A DNA stretch of 64,000 nt from Octopus vulgaris (taxonomy: Eukaryota). Where the stretch lies: contig OX597827.1 in assembly GCA_951406725.2 (NCBI GenBank), positions 16,926,001-16,990,000 on the forward strand. Reading direction: 5' to 3'. Both the position numbers and the translations under genes were made by a program. The first letter of the stretch is position 1, and each line of letters starts with the position of its first letter. Shown piece by piece: positions 27,757-40,694 of this stretch. Under the pieces are notes generated by a model. The model worked only from the letters and a program-made list of their open reading frames with translations, was not told where the DNA came from and did not search any database.

Positions 27757-28172
27757 GGCGGCGAGCTGGCAGAAGCGTTAGCACGCCGGGCGAAATGCTT
27801 TGTGGTATTTCGTCTGCCGTTACGTTGTGAGTTCAAATTCCGCCGAGGTCGACTTTGCCTTTCATCCTTTCAGGGGTCGATAAATTAAGCACCAGTTACG
27901 CACTGGGGTCGATGTAATCGACTTAATCCGTTTGTCTGTCCTTGTTTGTCCTCTCTGTGTTTAGCCCCTTGTGGGTAATAAAGAAATAGGTATTTTGTCT
28001 GCCGTTACGTTGTGAGTTCAAATTCCGCCGAGGTCGACTTTGCCTTTCATCCTTTCGGGGTCGATAAATTAAGCACCAGTTATGCACTGGGGTCGATGTA
28101 ATCGACTTAATCCGTTTGTCTGTCCTTGTTTGTCCTCTCTGTGTTTAGACCCTTGTGGGTAATAAAGAAATA
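27757..28172 (+). mobile_element. SINE family A dimer (two units)
   Basis: TSD GGTTTTTATATAAA at 27743-27756 and 28173-28186; length equals a monomer plus 184 bp. Confidence 0.93.
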
Positions 28173-28395
28173 GGTTTTTATATAAATCATATCCCATTGT
28201 CTTAAAAAAAAGGACATGTTGTTTACATTAGTCATGTCTATCGAAAAGTACGGGAATGTCAATATTGGATCTATTTAGCCCATCGTGGGACTTCCTCATA
28301 GTTCTGCTCAACCTAATTTCTCTCACGACACTGAGATTTATCTGAGATCATTGCAGGAGATGCTTTCCCAAGTTACTGCTCAGTGGAATTGGATT

Positions 28396-28634
28396 CTCTC
28401 TTTTCTTTTACTCTTTTACTCTTTTACTTGTTTCAGTCATTTTGACTGCGGCCATGCTGGAGCACCGCCTTTAGTCGAGCAAATCGACCCCGAGACTTAT
28501 TCTTTGTAAGCCCAGTACTTATTCTATCGGTCCCTTTTGCCGAACCGCTACGTTACTGGGACATAAACGCACCAGCATCGGTTGTCAAGCAATGCTAGGG
28601 GGACAAACACAAACACAAACACACACACAAACAT

Positions 28635-28711
<77 letters not shown>

Positions 28712-28882
28712 CATATATACGACGGGCTTCTTTGAGTTTCCGTCTAGCAAATCCAGTCACAAGGCTTTGGTCGGCCCGAGGCTATAGTGGAAGACACTTG
28801 CCCAAGATGGCACGCAGTGGGACTGAACCCGGAGCCATGTGGTTGGTAAGCAAGCTACTTACCACACTGCCACTCCTGCGCC
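28396..28882 (-). mobile_element. SINE family B, full length
   Basis: Head, body and tail as in other B copies. Confidence 0.93.
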
Positions 28883-29041
28883 TATATATTCTGAACTATA
28901 TGGTTGCGAAGAAGACCTCATATGTCATTCATCGGACCGAGTTTAGAGTAAAAAAACACACTTGGCAAGATACCACGCAGTGGGACGGAACTGAAAACCA
29001 CAACGTTGCGATGCAAACTTCGTAACCACACAATTCCGTAC

Positions 29042-29093
29042 TCTTGAACATCCTCTCAGTGCGGCGGTTGAAAGTCCTGATATGTTCCTCCAG
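29042..29093 (-). CDS. Candidate exon (LEEHIRTFNRRTERMFK)
   Basis: ttttatcttcag acceptor; phase 0 matches the upstream exon. Confidence 0.42.
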
Positions 29094-29212
29094 CTGAAGA
29101 TAAAACGATGTTATTGGTGGATTGGCAATAGATAGAGTTGAAATTAACATTGGTTATATCCTCCCATATCTTCCTTAACAAATGCATGATCGCGTTGAGG
29201 CGATCGACTTAC

Positions 29213-29293
29213 CGTTACAGTGCACACGTTCAAAAGAGACAGCTCTGTGTAAGTACCGCGAGGTAGTCCTTTGGGTTGATAGTCTGATGTAGG
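29213..29293 (-). CDS. Candidate exon (PTSDYQPKGLPRGTYTELSLLNVCTVT)
   Basis: Strong acg|gtaagt donor; 27 open codons; acceptor is weak. Confidence 0.42.
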
Positions 29294-29345
29294 CTAGATG
29301 AGTGTCCAGGTGGGTGTTTTAATCAGTCATTCGTGATATTTCTAC

Positions 29346-29376
29346 CTTGATCTGATAAATGCGATGAATAATTTCA
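29346..29376 (-). CDS. Candidate micro-exon (EIIHRIYQIK)
   Basis: cttgttcag acceptor and aag|gtag donor; phase-compatible, but requires a 52-nt intron. Confidence 0.3.
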
Positions 29377-29612
29377 CTGAACAAGATGTGAGACAAGAAG
29401 ATTTCAAAATTCGCATACGTCGCCATATAGATGTTGGGGAGCTTAAGACATGGGTATGTGTTAAGATGCACGCTTTGCAGACACGTAGTTATGTATTTTG
29501 TCCTACTGCGCGGCAACGTGGGCAACTGTCTTCTTAGTTGAATGTTGTGACCGACCAATATCTTATTAGTAAACTTAGTAGACAGCACTTGCTTTGAAGC
29601 CCGCCGTATATG

Positions 29613-29681
<69 letters not shown>

Positions 29682-29689
29682 ATGCATAT

Positions 29690-29754
<65 letters not shown>

Positions 29755-29774
29755 CATATAGATATATAAATCGC

Positions 29775-29955
29775 TAGCCACTATACCTTTTTCTATTTTC
29801 TCTCCCTGTTTATTTCTGTGTTCCTTTCTGTCGAAGAGCGTAGGCTCGAAATGTAAAAGACTCTCTCACTTCCCTAGCGTTAAACTAATACATCAGTTTG
29901 TTGATTACACATCCGTCTTCGTCTTTTGTTTCGTTTTTGTAAATTCTCACTATAC
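29775..29955 (+). mobile_element. D-related hammerhead element (decayed core)
   Basis: CTGTCGA-A-GAGC gtag GCTC-GAAATGTA; similar to 34640-34830 and 59130-59272. Confidence 0.6.
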
Positions 29956-30241
29956 ATATATATATTCACACACACTTATATACATATGTATTTGTATGCA
30001 TGTATGTATACACACACACACACACACATACACACACACACATATACACACACACACATATATATGTGCATATATACCACAGGATTCTTTTAGTTTTCAT
30101 CTACGAAATTCACTCACAATGCTTTGGTCAGCCCGAAACTGTAGACACTTGCCCAAGGTGATACTCGGAGAGAATCCGGAAACATGTTGGGAAAAAGGAA
30201 TGTTACCACACAGCTACGCCTGTGCCAAATATGTGTACATA

Positions 30242-30307
<66 letters not shown>

Positions 30308-30587
30308 TATATATATTATGTGCGTGTGTGTGTGTGTGTGTGTGTGTTGTGATATGCCTTTGATTCATGCGGACTATTGTGCTTGTGAGCAGATTTGGTA
30401 GACGGAAAATGTGCGGAAGCCTGTCATGTAGGTGTGTGTATGTGTGTGTGTGTGAGTGTGTGTGGATATGTAGATAGGTAGGTAGGTGTATATTGATGAA
30501 GGTTGTGAACATCAGTGAGAAAACCGAGAATCCGTTATTCTCCAAACGAAGTTCCTTCTGATAATTGTTCTGTACTGAGGTAGAAGC

Positions 30588-31019
30588 GATCTTTTCGGTT
30601 TGAACGGCAGTTTTTTCTAGCGGTGTCATTTGAAATTGTCACCCATAATTATGACCCTACTATCGATCTATTGCATTTCAATCTGTTTTAGGGTTAGGGT
30701 TAGGGTTAGGGTTAGGGGTGGGGGGAAGGGTATCTTTTTTTCTTCACAAATGTAAATAAACCCAATCTGTTTCTTAAACGAGGGACATATTCATACGGCA
30801 CAGAATCTTTTTTTAACCTCAATTGACGTCATTGATTGGTTGAAATTGCAGAAATTGAAGAAAAAGCAACAACAAATATCTTACAAACCATAGAATTTTC
30901 TCAATAAAGCCAAGAGAAAAAGATGTTTTATAAACACATTCTACCAGTATACGAAGTTTAAAAGTGTTTAGTTACCTAGAAATTATGTTAAAAACTGCCG
31001 TTCAAACCGAAAAGATTCC
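30588..31019 (+). mobile_element. MITE with internal (TTAGGG)5
   Basis: TIRs GATCTTTTCGGTTTGAACGGCAGTTTTT and AAAAACTGCCGTTCAAACCGAAAAGAT; four copies in the window. Confidence 0.9.
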
Positions 31020-31859
31020 GAATTCCTTCTGATAATTGTTCTGTACTGAGGTTGAGGCACTTCTTTCAAACTCATGCTGTCTGAAATGCAGTGAACCCGT
31101 AATTGGTTTGTTAGAAACCTGTAACCAACGACGCCATTGTTCAGCAATCAAAATATATAAAATAACAATAAACATACCACTCTTATTGACTATGTCTGTT
31201 CCTCACAAAGCTTGACGTTTTTCTCTTTGGTTAAAATAAATCTATATTTAAAGATGAATAGATCCGTTAACAATGTTTTGTTTGCTTTTTAAACTGGGTT
31301 TTTGTGCAACTCAAAGTATGCTTTAATTGTAAATGAATTATTGATATCAAAGTAGACCAAAGACGTAAAAATAAATGAATGAAAATCGAAAGAAAAGATT
31401 CCACATGAATAGTCTTAAGAAATAACATTTGTTAGAATCGCTTTTCTCAATCGATTCTCCTTTAAATTCTTCAGAAAATATTTTTCAATGATTTTTGACT
31501 ATACACACACAATATTTACAGCACACAGACAATGAAACGAAATTCTATGCATTCTTATGTATATACGTTTATTAAGCAATATTTTTCAACAAACGTTTTA
31601 TTAATTTTCAACAATATCTAAAACAATTTACCATAAATTTTGCCTTCTATTTGTCAGCAAATGTATTTCAATGATTTTTCTCTGAGTAAATGCATTGTTG
31701 TGCGGTTAAGAAGTTTTGCTTTGTAATGAGACGACGAAGTTCGGGGTTCGATCTCACTTGGTGGTAATTTCAGCGTATCTCTTTTCCGCAGTAAATTTAT
31801 GAATGAAATTTAATAGACGGTAGCTCGTCGTAACTTAAGTGTATTAGTTCGTATTTGTA

Positions 31860-32050
31860 TATGGGGGATGCTGAAAAGGTCCTGGCTTTGAGTAAAAGTA
31901 AATACTGGAGGTTCAGTTACTTATGATTTTATTCAACATACTCTCCTATCAAATTCACAGACTTATTCCAGCCCTGTCAAAGAATCCGAGAGGTCGGGCT
32001 TCTGACCAGGTCTTTCGTAATACCTTTAAAGTCAGAAGATTTTCAACACA
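31860..32050. mobile_element. Decayed mariner-type MITE (partial second copy at about 32131-32228)
   Basis: Imperfect TIRs TGCTGAAAAGGTCCTGGCTTT and AAAGTCAGAAGATTTTCAACA. Confidence 0.5.
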
Positions 32051-32237
32051 TACATACTTTGTACATACATACTTACATACAAACATACATGCATACATAC
32101 ATACATACATACATACATACACACATACATAAGAGGGGGTAAAAGAAAATATTGGAGGTTCAGTTAATTATGATTTTATTCTACACATTCCCCTCTCAGA
32201 ATCACACACTTATTGCAGCGGTTCTTCAGTCTAAGCC

Positions 32238-32533
32238 CTCTTTTGCCAAACCGCTAAGTTACGGGGACATAAACACACCAGCATCCGTTGTCAAGCGATG
32301 TTGGGGGGAGGACAAACACAGACACACAAACACACACACATACATACATACATACACATAAACATATATACGACGGGCTTCTTTCAGTTTCCGTCTACCC
32401 AATCCACTCACGAAGCTTTGGTCGGCCCGAGGCTATAGTAGAAGACACTTACCCAACGTGCCACGCAGTGGGACTGAACCCGGAACCATGTGGTTGGTAA
32501 GTAAGCTACTTACCACACATCCACTCCTACGCC
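32238..32533 (-). mobile_element. SINE family B, 3'-truncated
   Basis: Head and body match family B. Confidence 0.88.
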
Positions 32534-32836
32534 TATGATAATAGATACAAGGAAATAGAACTCAAGACATGAGTGTATATATATCAATTAAATATAAGGA
32601 TAAAAGCTATATAAGATTTGTATCAAGTAGCCAGCGTGTAAAACCAATTAACGTAAAAAAATTAATACTAAGTATATAATTTAAAAAATATACATTGTTG
32701 CACTAAGGGCTTTTACTATAAGTAAAGCCACGCGCTGGAAAGGGACGCTAAACTCTTATTTACTTTATCAAATATACATAACACGCTGAAATCGAGAAAT
32801 TGAACAAAGAAAAATATTTTTTTTTTAAAGATTCAG

Positions 32837-32896
32837 TTGCATATCAAAACGATTTCGTGGTCAGCACTGTAACACACTCTCCACTCGTCAGTGCAA
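32837..32896 (-). ncRNA. Hammerhead ribozyme with canonical core, in an AT-rich element (about 32585-33205) flanked by TA repeats
   Basis: ttgca-CTGACGA-GTGG...CCAC-GAAA-TC gtttt GA-TA-tgcaa; all three stems form. Confidence 0.8.
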
Positions 32897-33204
32897 ACTT
32901 AACCAGAAATATATAAACATAAATACTTATACATACCATACGAACACAGCGCATCCACAGAGCATATGCAAATGTTCACACTTATATACCCATAAAAAGC
33001 TTTATATCTTGTTCATGTCAGCCACCTATGTATCACCAAAATAATTCAGCACTGAATATATTCCAATTTAATATTTATTTATTATATATCTAATAAATAA
33101 ATCTATTATTTATCTAATATTTATCTAATAAGGTTTGATGAAGTAGTTTCATTTTAACGTCACTGTCCAGCGTATGACTTCACCTACAGTAACAGCCCTT
33201 AATG

Positions 33205-33243
<39 letters not shown>

Positions 33244-33558
33244 TACGCGCACGCGTACACACACATGCACAAATACACTCACACAGACACATGTACAAAC
33301 ATACACACACACACACACATTATTCGGGAAGTGTTTCAATCATTACTCAAGAGTTTCGTGCATTACCAATTATCAGACTTTGATGAGCGCTAATGAATGA
33401 AATTCATGAGATTTGAGTCGCGCTGTAACTGCTGCTAATTATTAATATTATATATATATATACTGGAGTAAGCACATAAATGTGAAACAAGGTGAAAAAA
33501 AGAGTGCTCAAATACCAGAGGTAGAGTAATATGCTTTATTTAATAGCAGCAGAAATAT

Positions 33559-33618
<60 letters not shown>

Positions 33619-33621
33619 TAT

Positions 33622-33679
<58 letters not shown>

Positions 33680-33682
<3 letters not shown>

Positions 33683-34120
33683 ATTTTTGATTTTGATTTT
33701 TCCAGTTTCAGCTAATGAGCTGTGGCCATGCTGGGGCACCGCCATTTGGTTTGCTACACGATTTTACCTCACGGATGCTTTTTAGCAAACGCCATCTGAT
33801 GCATGAGAGAGTTCGATGCAGCCGCCCTCATCTGCACCTCCTGCCGTGAAGTTGGTTCATCCGGGACACCTGACAGGAAGAGATCCAGTCCTACTTTAAA
33901 GACATCCGGATCTACACCATGCAGGTCCCTCAGGTTCTTCGGGAGGATATTGAAGAGCTGTGGGCCTCTGAAGCCCAGGCTATCACAATATCTTGTCCTA
34001 CATCTTGATGGCAAATTTGGAGTCCTTGGTACTACGCAGTGGCGTCCGGTTCTGGCATTTGTGTGACTCTCGATGCCAAAGTCTGGGACAAGACCTTCCA
34101 GGATCTTCCAGATATATATT
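33680..34120 (-). mobile_element. 5'-truncated CR1-type LINE (ORF2 C-terminus plus tail)
   Basis: IIYIWKILEGLVP...GPQLFNILPKNLR...FKVGLDLFLSGVPDEP...AAASNSL; 3' UTR GGCGGTGCCCCAGCATGGCCACAG and (AAATCA)-like tail. Confidence 0.88.
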
Positions 34121-34167
34121 ATGGCATATACATACATACATACATATATATATATACATACATATAC

Positions 34168-34201
<34 letters not shown>

Positions 34202-34639
34202 TAATAAGGGTAGAAATTGATATTAATAAATTAAAACCAGTGGCTTAACATATTTAGAAAATCTGAACATTAAAAATTGTGCTACATTAATCTTGTATGT
34301 ATATATATATATACATACGTATGTACGTATGTATATATAACAAAGTAAAACAAGATGGGGTAAAAGGTAGGAGGAATTTTAATAACTCTATAGAGGTTAC
34401 AGTTGTTTCATAATCCACTCAAAATTACCTCACCAACTTTGATGTAGATAAGTACACGAGTACACACACACACACACACACATACATATATACACACATG
34501 TATATATACATACATGTAATATACACAAATGCATATAGTCATGCGATGATGTGCCTAAAATAAAAGACTACATCGTCACATCTTCAGCCTCGATTTGGAA
34601 GTATGCACCTTAGTGTAGGTTCCTCTCGATTCTTTAAAT

Positions 34640-34830
34640 TCCTCTATATACGCTTCTTCCTCTTTTTCTTCCTCTCTGAAAATTTTTCCTCGTTCCGACG
34701 AAGAGCCATGCTCGAAACGTCAATTATAATTCCTATTTTTCTATCTAAAATTTTCTCTGACTGTCACTCTAATATATTCACTCGATGCATCTAATTGAAT
34801 TGTGTTGTTTTCTCACTTATTTTAAATATT
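34640..34830 (+). mobile_element. D-related hammerhead element
   Basis: tt-CCGACGA-A-GAGC cat GCTC-GAAAC-GTC-aa at about 34693-34723. Confidence 0.65.
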
Positions 34831-34838
34831 TGATTCAC

Positions 34839-34952
34839 GGTATGGACGCTTTGTTTTTGCTTTGGTGTCTCCCTCTGCTGTATGCGACTATGAGGATTTG
34901 CTTCCCAAACTTATAATGTAATACATGTCTTTGGTGTGGTAATTGTGCGCGG
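34839..34952 (-). CDS. Candidate exon (RAQLPHQRHVLHYKFGKQILIVAYSRGRHQSKNKASI)
   Basis: ccttcttcag acceptor and cc|gtgaat donor; phase 2-2, compatible with the 29376 acceptor. Confidence 0.35.
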
Positions 34953-35143
34953 CTGAAGAAGGCTATTGACATACATATTACATCAATTATGTATTGATAT
35001 AAACTGTCTAATAAAGCCAGAAACATATGTACCGCTAAATCCTTTGCATCCTGTTTTTCTTTTGATAATTATACCCTATCACCTACACCACTAACTGGCG
35101 TATACAGGTGCTTACTGTTATGAAGTATTCACCCTGAATTTTT

Positions 35144-35186
<43 letters not shown>

Positions 35187-35187
<1 letters not shown>

Positions 35188-35572
35188 CTTCTTGCTTCAG
35201 TCATTTGACTGTGGCCATGCTGGTATCCGCCTTAAAGGGATTTAGTCGAACACTTATTTTTGTAAGCGTAGTACTTATTCTACCGACCTGTTTTACCGAC
35301 CCGCTAAGATACAGGGACGTAAACACACCAACACTGGATTTCAATCGGTTGTGGGAGACACAAAGACACACACACACACACACACACGCACGCACATATA
35401 TATGTGTGTGTGTGTGAGAGAGACTTCTTTTGGTTTCCGTCTACCAAACCCACTAACGAAGGTTTGGTCGGCCTGAGGCTATAGTAGAAACACTTGATCA
35501 AAGTGCCACGCAATGGTGCTCAAGCTGGCACCATGTGATTGGGAAGTAAGCTTCTTATTACAGAACCACATT

Positions 35573-35577
<5 letters not shown>
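35187..35577 (-). mobile_element. SINE family B, diverged
   Basis: Tail CAGTCATTTGACTGTGGCCATGCTGG and a recognisable body. Confidence 0.85.
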
Positions 35578-35641
<64 letters not shown>

Positions 35642-35668
35642 CGGTAATATATATATATATATATATAT

Positions 35669-35708
<40 letters not shown>

Positions 35709-35747
35709 ATATACATATATCGGTAGTCATATATATATATATATATC

Positions 35748-35784
<37 letters not shown>

Positions 35785-35906
35785 TATACATATAAATATA
35801 CATATAAATACATATACATATATACATCATATATATATATACATATATATATATATACATATACATATATATATATACACATATACATATATATATATAC
35901 ATATAC

Positions 35907-35974
<68 letters not shown>

Positions 35975-35979
<5 letters not shown>

Positions 35980-36183
35980 ATCCAAACAAGAAAGCACAAA
36001 AAAACACAACAACGCGAGGACGTGGAACAAATATAGCATTATTGGACGTTCAGGAGAGAAGGAAAGAAGGAGGGTTTAACGTTTCGAGAGGAGCTCTTCG
36101 TCGGAAACATAGGAGAAGGAAAAATCCAGAGAAGGGAAGACAGAGGAAAAAAAAATCGCCAACGGTACACACGAGGTCACATT
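35975..36183 (-). mobile_element. Family D hammerhead element
   Basis: Abuts (TA)n; gttt-CCGACGA-A-GAG...CTC-GAAACGTT-aaac at about 36074-36108. Confidence 0.8.
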
Positions 36184-36533
36184 CACTGCGTGGCACCTTG
36201 GGCAAGTGTCTTTTACTACAGTCTCGGGTTGGTCAAAGCCTTGTGAGTGGATTTGCTATATTGGTGGACAGAAACTGACAGGAGCTCTTCGTGTACATAT
36301 ATATGTATATATATTTATGTGTGTCTTTGTGTCTGTGTTTTTCCCCGATCATCGTTTGAAAACTGATGTTGGTGTACAAATGTCGCGGAAACTTAGCGGT
36401 TCGGCAAAAGTGACCAATAGAATAAGTACTAGGCTTACAAAGAATTTCTGGGGTCGATTTGTTCGACTAAATAAGGTGCTCCTACATCGCCGTAGTCAAA
36501 TGACTGAAACGTGTGAAAGAGTAAAAGAGTAAA
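36184..36533 (+). mobile_element. SINE family B, 5'-truncated
   Basis: Starts at CACTGCGTGGCACCTTGGGCAAG; ends GTAAAAGAGTAAAA. Confidence 0.85.
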
Positions 36534-36817
36534 AATAGTACACACACACACACACACTCACACATAATGTATTTTATGTATACGTGTACATGTGTATCTT
36601 TCTGTAAATTGATATAAAATCCAACATGCTAATGATAAAGTAGTGTTTGATGAACGAAGTTTATTGACACACATGGAACTAACAAAACACTCCTTTGTCT
36701 TTTGTAACATGAGAAATGAAATGAGATAGTAATTGGCCCGTTGCAAACCAGTAATAACTAAATGATGATTTATTTAACGAAAACAAAAACAATGAAGAAT
36801 TTAAAACAAATAAATAC

Positions 36818-36939
36818 CTGTACCAATATTTCAAAGTAATATTTCAATGAATCTTCCATTTCTCCTCTGTTACTCCTCGGGAAAAACATTGAATTGATTT
36901 CTCGCCCTACAACTTTCAATGCAAACATAGCAATGTTTT
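36818..36939 (-). CDS. Candidate exon (NIAMFALKVVGREINSMFFPRSNRGEMEDSLKYYFEILVQ)
   Basis: ttcgcag acceptor and cag|gtattt donor; 40 open codons in AT-rich unique DNA. Confidence 0.4.
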
Positions 36940-37699
36940 CTGCGAATATTATAATACATTGACAGCGATGTTTTCAATTATTGTTTTACCAGATCTTTGA
37001 GAGCCATTGACCTTACACTGTCTGCAATTATATTGAGTAGGAGACAGACAATTATTTTACATAAAACAACCGCAAGCTTTCCTCTAAACAACACATGTCA
37101 ACAAAAAAAACAAACAAACGAAAATCAAGCTATGTGTATACATGTACATGAATGTTGTTCCATAGTTTTCTGAGCTAGCTATGAATGTGAGTGACTTGTT
37201 AATGAATGCGTATCTGAGCATTAGTGCGCGTATATGTACGAGTGTGCGTATTTCAGTATGCGAATGTGTGATTATATGAGGCTGTGTATCTATGTTATTC
37301 TAATACAAAAGATTTACATGTCTACCGAGGATACGCCATCAATTAGACAGCCTGTCAATGGAAATGGAGCTTTCACTTCTTACTGTTTACTATGTATTTA
37401 TCTATAATTCTCTATAAATACATGTGTATGTGTGTGTGTGTTTCAGTGCATGTATGTGTTGTGCGTGTGAGCGTACCTGTGTATAAGCATGTGCGATTTC
37501 GTGTGTGTGCATGTATGATCGTATATTAGTGCATCGGAGAGAAATTAGGTAAATAAGTAAAAGGATGATGTAACGAATGACGAACGTAAAAGAAAAAAAA
37601 ATAATAATTTTCGTTTTATTTGGAGAAGGAGGATAAAAACCTAGAGGTAATTGTTAGAAAGCGGAGATAATTACAAGAAATACACAATAGATATATGTA

Positions 37700-38918
37700 C
37701 AGGAGTTGGACAAAATAATGGAAACCCCTTAAAATTTCAAACAAATTTGTTTTAATATGGGGTTGGACCGCCTTGGCAGTAGTTACAGGTTGAATTCTAC
37801 GAGGTATGGACTCGTACAAAGTTCGAATTGTTTCCAAAGGAATTTTTGTCCATTCTTCAGCTAAAACAGTCTCTAGTTTTTGTAGTGATGATGGAGGAGG
37901 ATATTGACTCCTTATTTGTTTTTCTATGCACCATAAATGTTCAATAATTTTGAGATCTAGGGACTGTGGTGGCCAGATAAGATATTCAATTTCCCTACAA
38001 TGTTCCACGCACCATTCAGCAACAGATTTAGCTGTGTGAATTGGTACATTATCATCCTGAAAGATGTGTGAATTGGTACATTATCATAGGATTAATTTGA
38101 TCAGATAAAATGCTTAAATAGTCTTGACTATTAATTCTGCGATGAAGGGAAACCATTGGATTTCCAAGATATAACCCCACCCTCACCAGATTATCACAGA
38201 CCCTCCTCTGTGTTTAACAATTGGAAAAAGGCAGTTTGGGTTAAGTGCTTCTTTTCGGTGTCTCCACACGCATACTCGGCCGATGGTCGGAAATAAGGTA
38301 AAGGATGACTCGTCTAAGAAAATAACATTCTTCCACTGCTCTAGGGACCAATCCTGTAGGTTTTTTACTCCACTCTAAACGCTTTCCAACATTTGTTTTT
38401 GAAAGTAGTGGTTTTTTGATTGAAGCCTTCCCGTGAAATCCGGCTTTGTGCAGCTCCCGGCGAAAAGTATTTGTGGAAACTGGGTTCTCGAGGTGGTCAT
38501 TAAGCTCTGCAGTAATCTTGGGAGCCGTATTTTTGTGATCCTTCAAACAACTTGCGTAAGATTCTCACGGTCCGTGTCTGAAAGTTTTGGTTTTCTTCCG
38601 GAGTTTTGTTTCGGCGAGGAGGTTTTTCCCTCTTTCTCAAAGGCTGTCATTACTTTCGAGACAGTACTTCTTGATATACAAGACATTTCAGCCATTTTCG
38701 TTACGCTAGCGCCTGCCATACAAGCACCAACATAATTTTAGTTACCTTTTCTGATGATATCTGAAAAGAAACATCAAATTTAGTAAAATATATTAAGCAA
38801 CACTAACAGTAAATAAAAAACAACAACATAAAAATAAACAAACATTTGACGGTTTTATAGATATTCAAAATTATGATGCTATGATGCTAGGTGTTTCCAT
38901 TATTTTGTCCAACCTCTG
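37700..38918 (-). mobile_element. Tc1/mariner transposon with decayed transposase
   Basis: TIRs CAG(GA/AG)GTTGGACAAAATAATGGAAAC(C/A)CCT, TA on both sides; peptides KITAELN...KKPLLSK and WPPQSLDLKIIEHLW (SPDLNPIE-like); frameshifted. Confidence 0.95.
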
Positions 38919-39054
38919 TAGGTAGGGCAAAATCTGATGTTTGTTTATATGTAAGAGTAAAGTTACAGACTTGTGACGATCGTAGTGAACATCATCGCTG
39001 AAATGTGATGAGCTAACAATAGATTTTACATATAGAAATATTACGAGGACTTTG

Positions 39055-39470
39055 GGATCTTTTCGGTTTGACCGGCAGTTTTTAAAAATAATTTCCACGT
39101 AACTAAACACTTTTAAACTTCGTATACTGGTAGAATGTGTTTATAAAACATCTTTTTCTGTTGGCTTTAATGAGAAAATTCTATAGTTTGTAAGATATTT
39201 GTTGTTTTTTTCTTCAATTTCTGCAATTTCAAACAATCACTGACGTCTATTGAGGTAAAAAAACATTCTGTGCCGTATGAATATGTCCCACGTTTAAGAA
39301 ACAGATTGGGTTTATTTATATTTGTGAAGAAAAAAAGATACCCTTCCCCCCACCCCTAACCCTAACCCTAAAACAGATTGAAATGCAATAGATCGATACT
39401 AGTCATAATTATGGGTGACAATTTCATATGATACCGCTAGAAAAAACTGCCGTTCAAACCGAAAAGATCC
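39055..39470 (-). mobile_element. TTAGGG-containing MITE, reverse copy with 3 repeats
   Basis: GGATCTTTTCGG...CCGAAAAGATCC termini; CCCTAA x3. Confidence 0.9.
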
Positions 39471-39812
39471 GAGATTTATTGTTTCAGTCCCTTCCTCCCA
39501 CTTGAATAACCCAAATAAAAATACTTAGTAAATTAAGTCAAAGAATTCTATTTCTTTGTGGCAAAATCAGAGGAGGAAGAACTGTGCTCAGGTTTCTGTT
39601 TAGCTCTTTCGAGATTAAGCGGTAAGGGGCAATGGGATTATTATCTCACCGGAGAACTGGTCCGGGGTGCAGCCAAAGAGGAGGTTGATGTGTTAAATCG
39701 GGAGAGGGTTTACATCTTCCACTCAAGAATAAGCGCTGCCTTGGTATATTAGAAATGTACGTGATTTTCTCAGCGTTTTTACCGTTTTTACCAATATATA
39801 TATATATATATA

Positions 39813-40082
39813 ACCAAGTTTACTTTCAACTCTAAAACTAATCGGAACAGGGAAATGCTCAAAGATTTTTTAGAGGAATTTACTCTTTACACCTCCAACA
39901 ATTATTTTATGAAACCAAAAGGACAACTTTGGACATTCGAGTATCCATTTGTTGACAGGGCACAAATTGACTACCTCATCTTTCGAAAGAAATGGCGCAA
40001 TAGTGTCAAAGACTCGAGATCCTACTCTTCCTTTAGTTCTGTTGGCTCCGACCACAGAATTGTATCAGCTACCGTTAAGCTT
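39813..40082 (+). mobile_element. LINE AP-endonuclease fragment (RTE-like)
   Basis: TNRNREMLKDFLEE...WTFEYP...QIDYLIFRKKWRNSVKDSRSY...GSDHRIV. Confidence 0.85.
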
Positions 40083-40663
40083 ATGGCTGTGGGATAAACA
40101 AATTGGCTTCAATTTCAAAACATTGGCGTCCAGGTCACAGAAGCAAAATCTGAGGGCAATTTTAGTCAGTTCTTTTGATTTCTAGACAGAAGGAAATAGG
40201 AAATAACACTTACTGACCAAGGACAACAACAAAATAAAGAAATTAAATAGAATTTTTGCTACACATTGTTGCTACTATATCCAAGAGTACAGCGTTACAT
40301 GAGAGCAGAAAGAGTCGTAAGAAAAAACGAAATGTTTCATCTTAAAACAATGAACAGCTTTCCTTCTAAATATTTATTGTTCGTCCAATTTGTCGACTGG
40401 GAAGAATTTGAGCGTATGAAACAAATCTTAAACATAAAGATGTTTACGACCAATCAAGTGTAAATAGTGTAGTCATGTGATTATTGGGGGGGAAACGGAC
40501 CAGTAAGCAGGACTGGTGCTACTGACGTGTATATGTAGATGATTTGTCATTGATGTATACCAAATCAGATTAGTCGATCAACAAGCATCATTTAAATATG
40601 TGGCGAAACCTAGCAGCTATTACAAATACATTTACATTCAATGATCATTCAGCGCGTGTGTGC

Positions 40664-40694
<31 letters not shown>

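Noticed and set aside
30688-30717. Telomere or chromosome-fusion site
   Set aside because: Only 5 repeats, internal to a multi-copy MITE
37616-38546. Active or domesticated transposase gene
   Set aside because: Split across frames with stops and a rearrangement near the second catalytic Asp region
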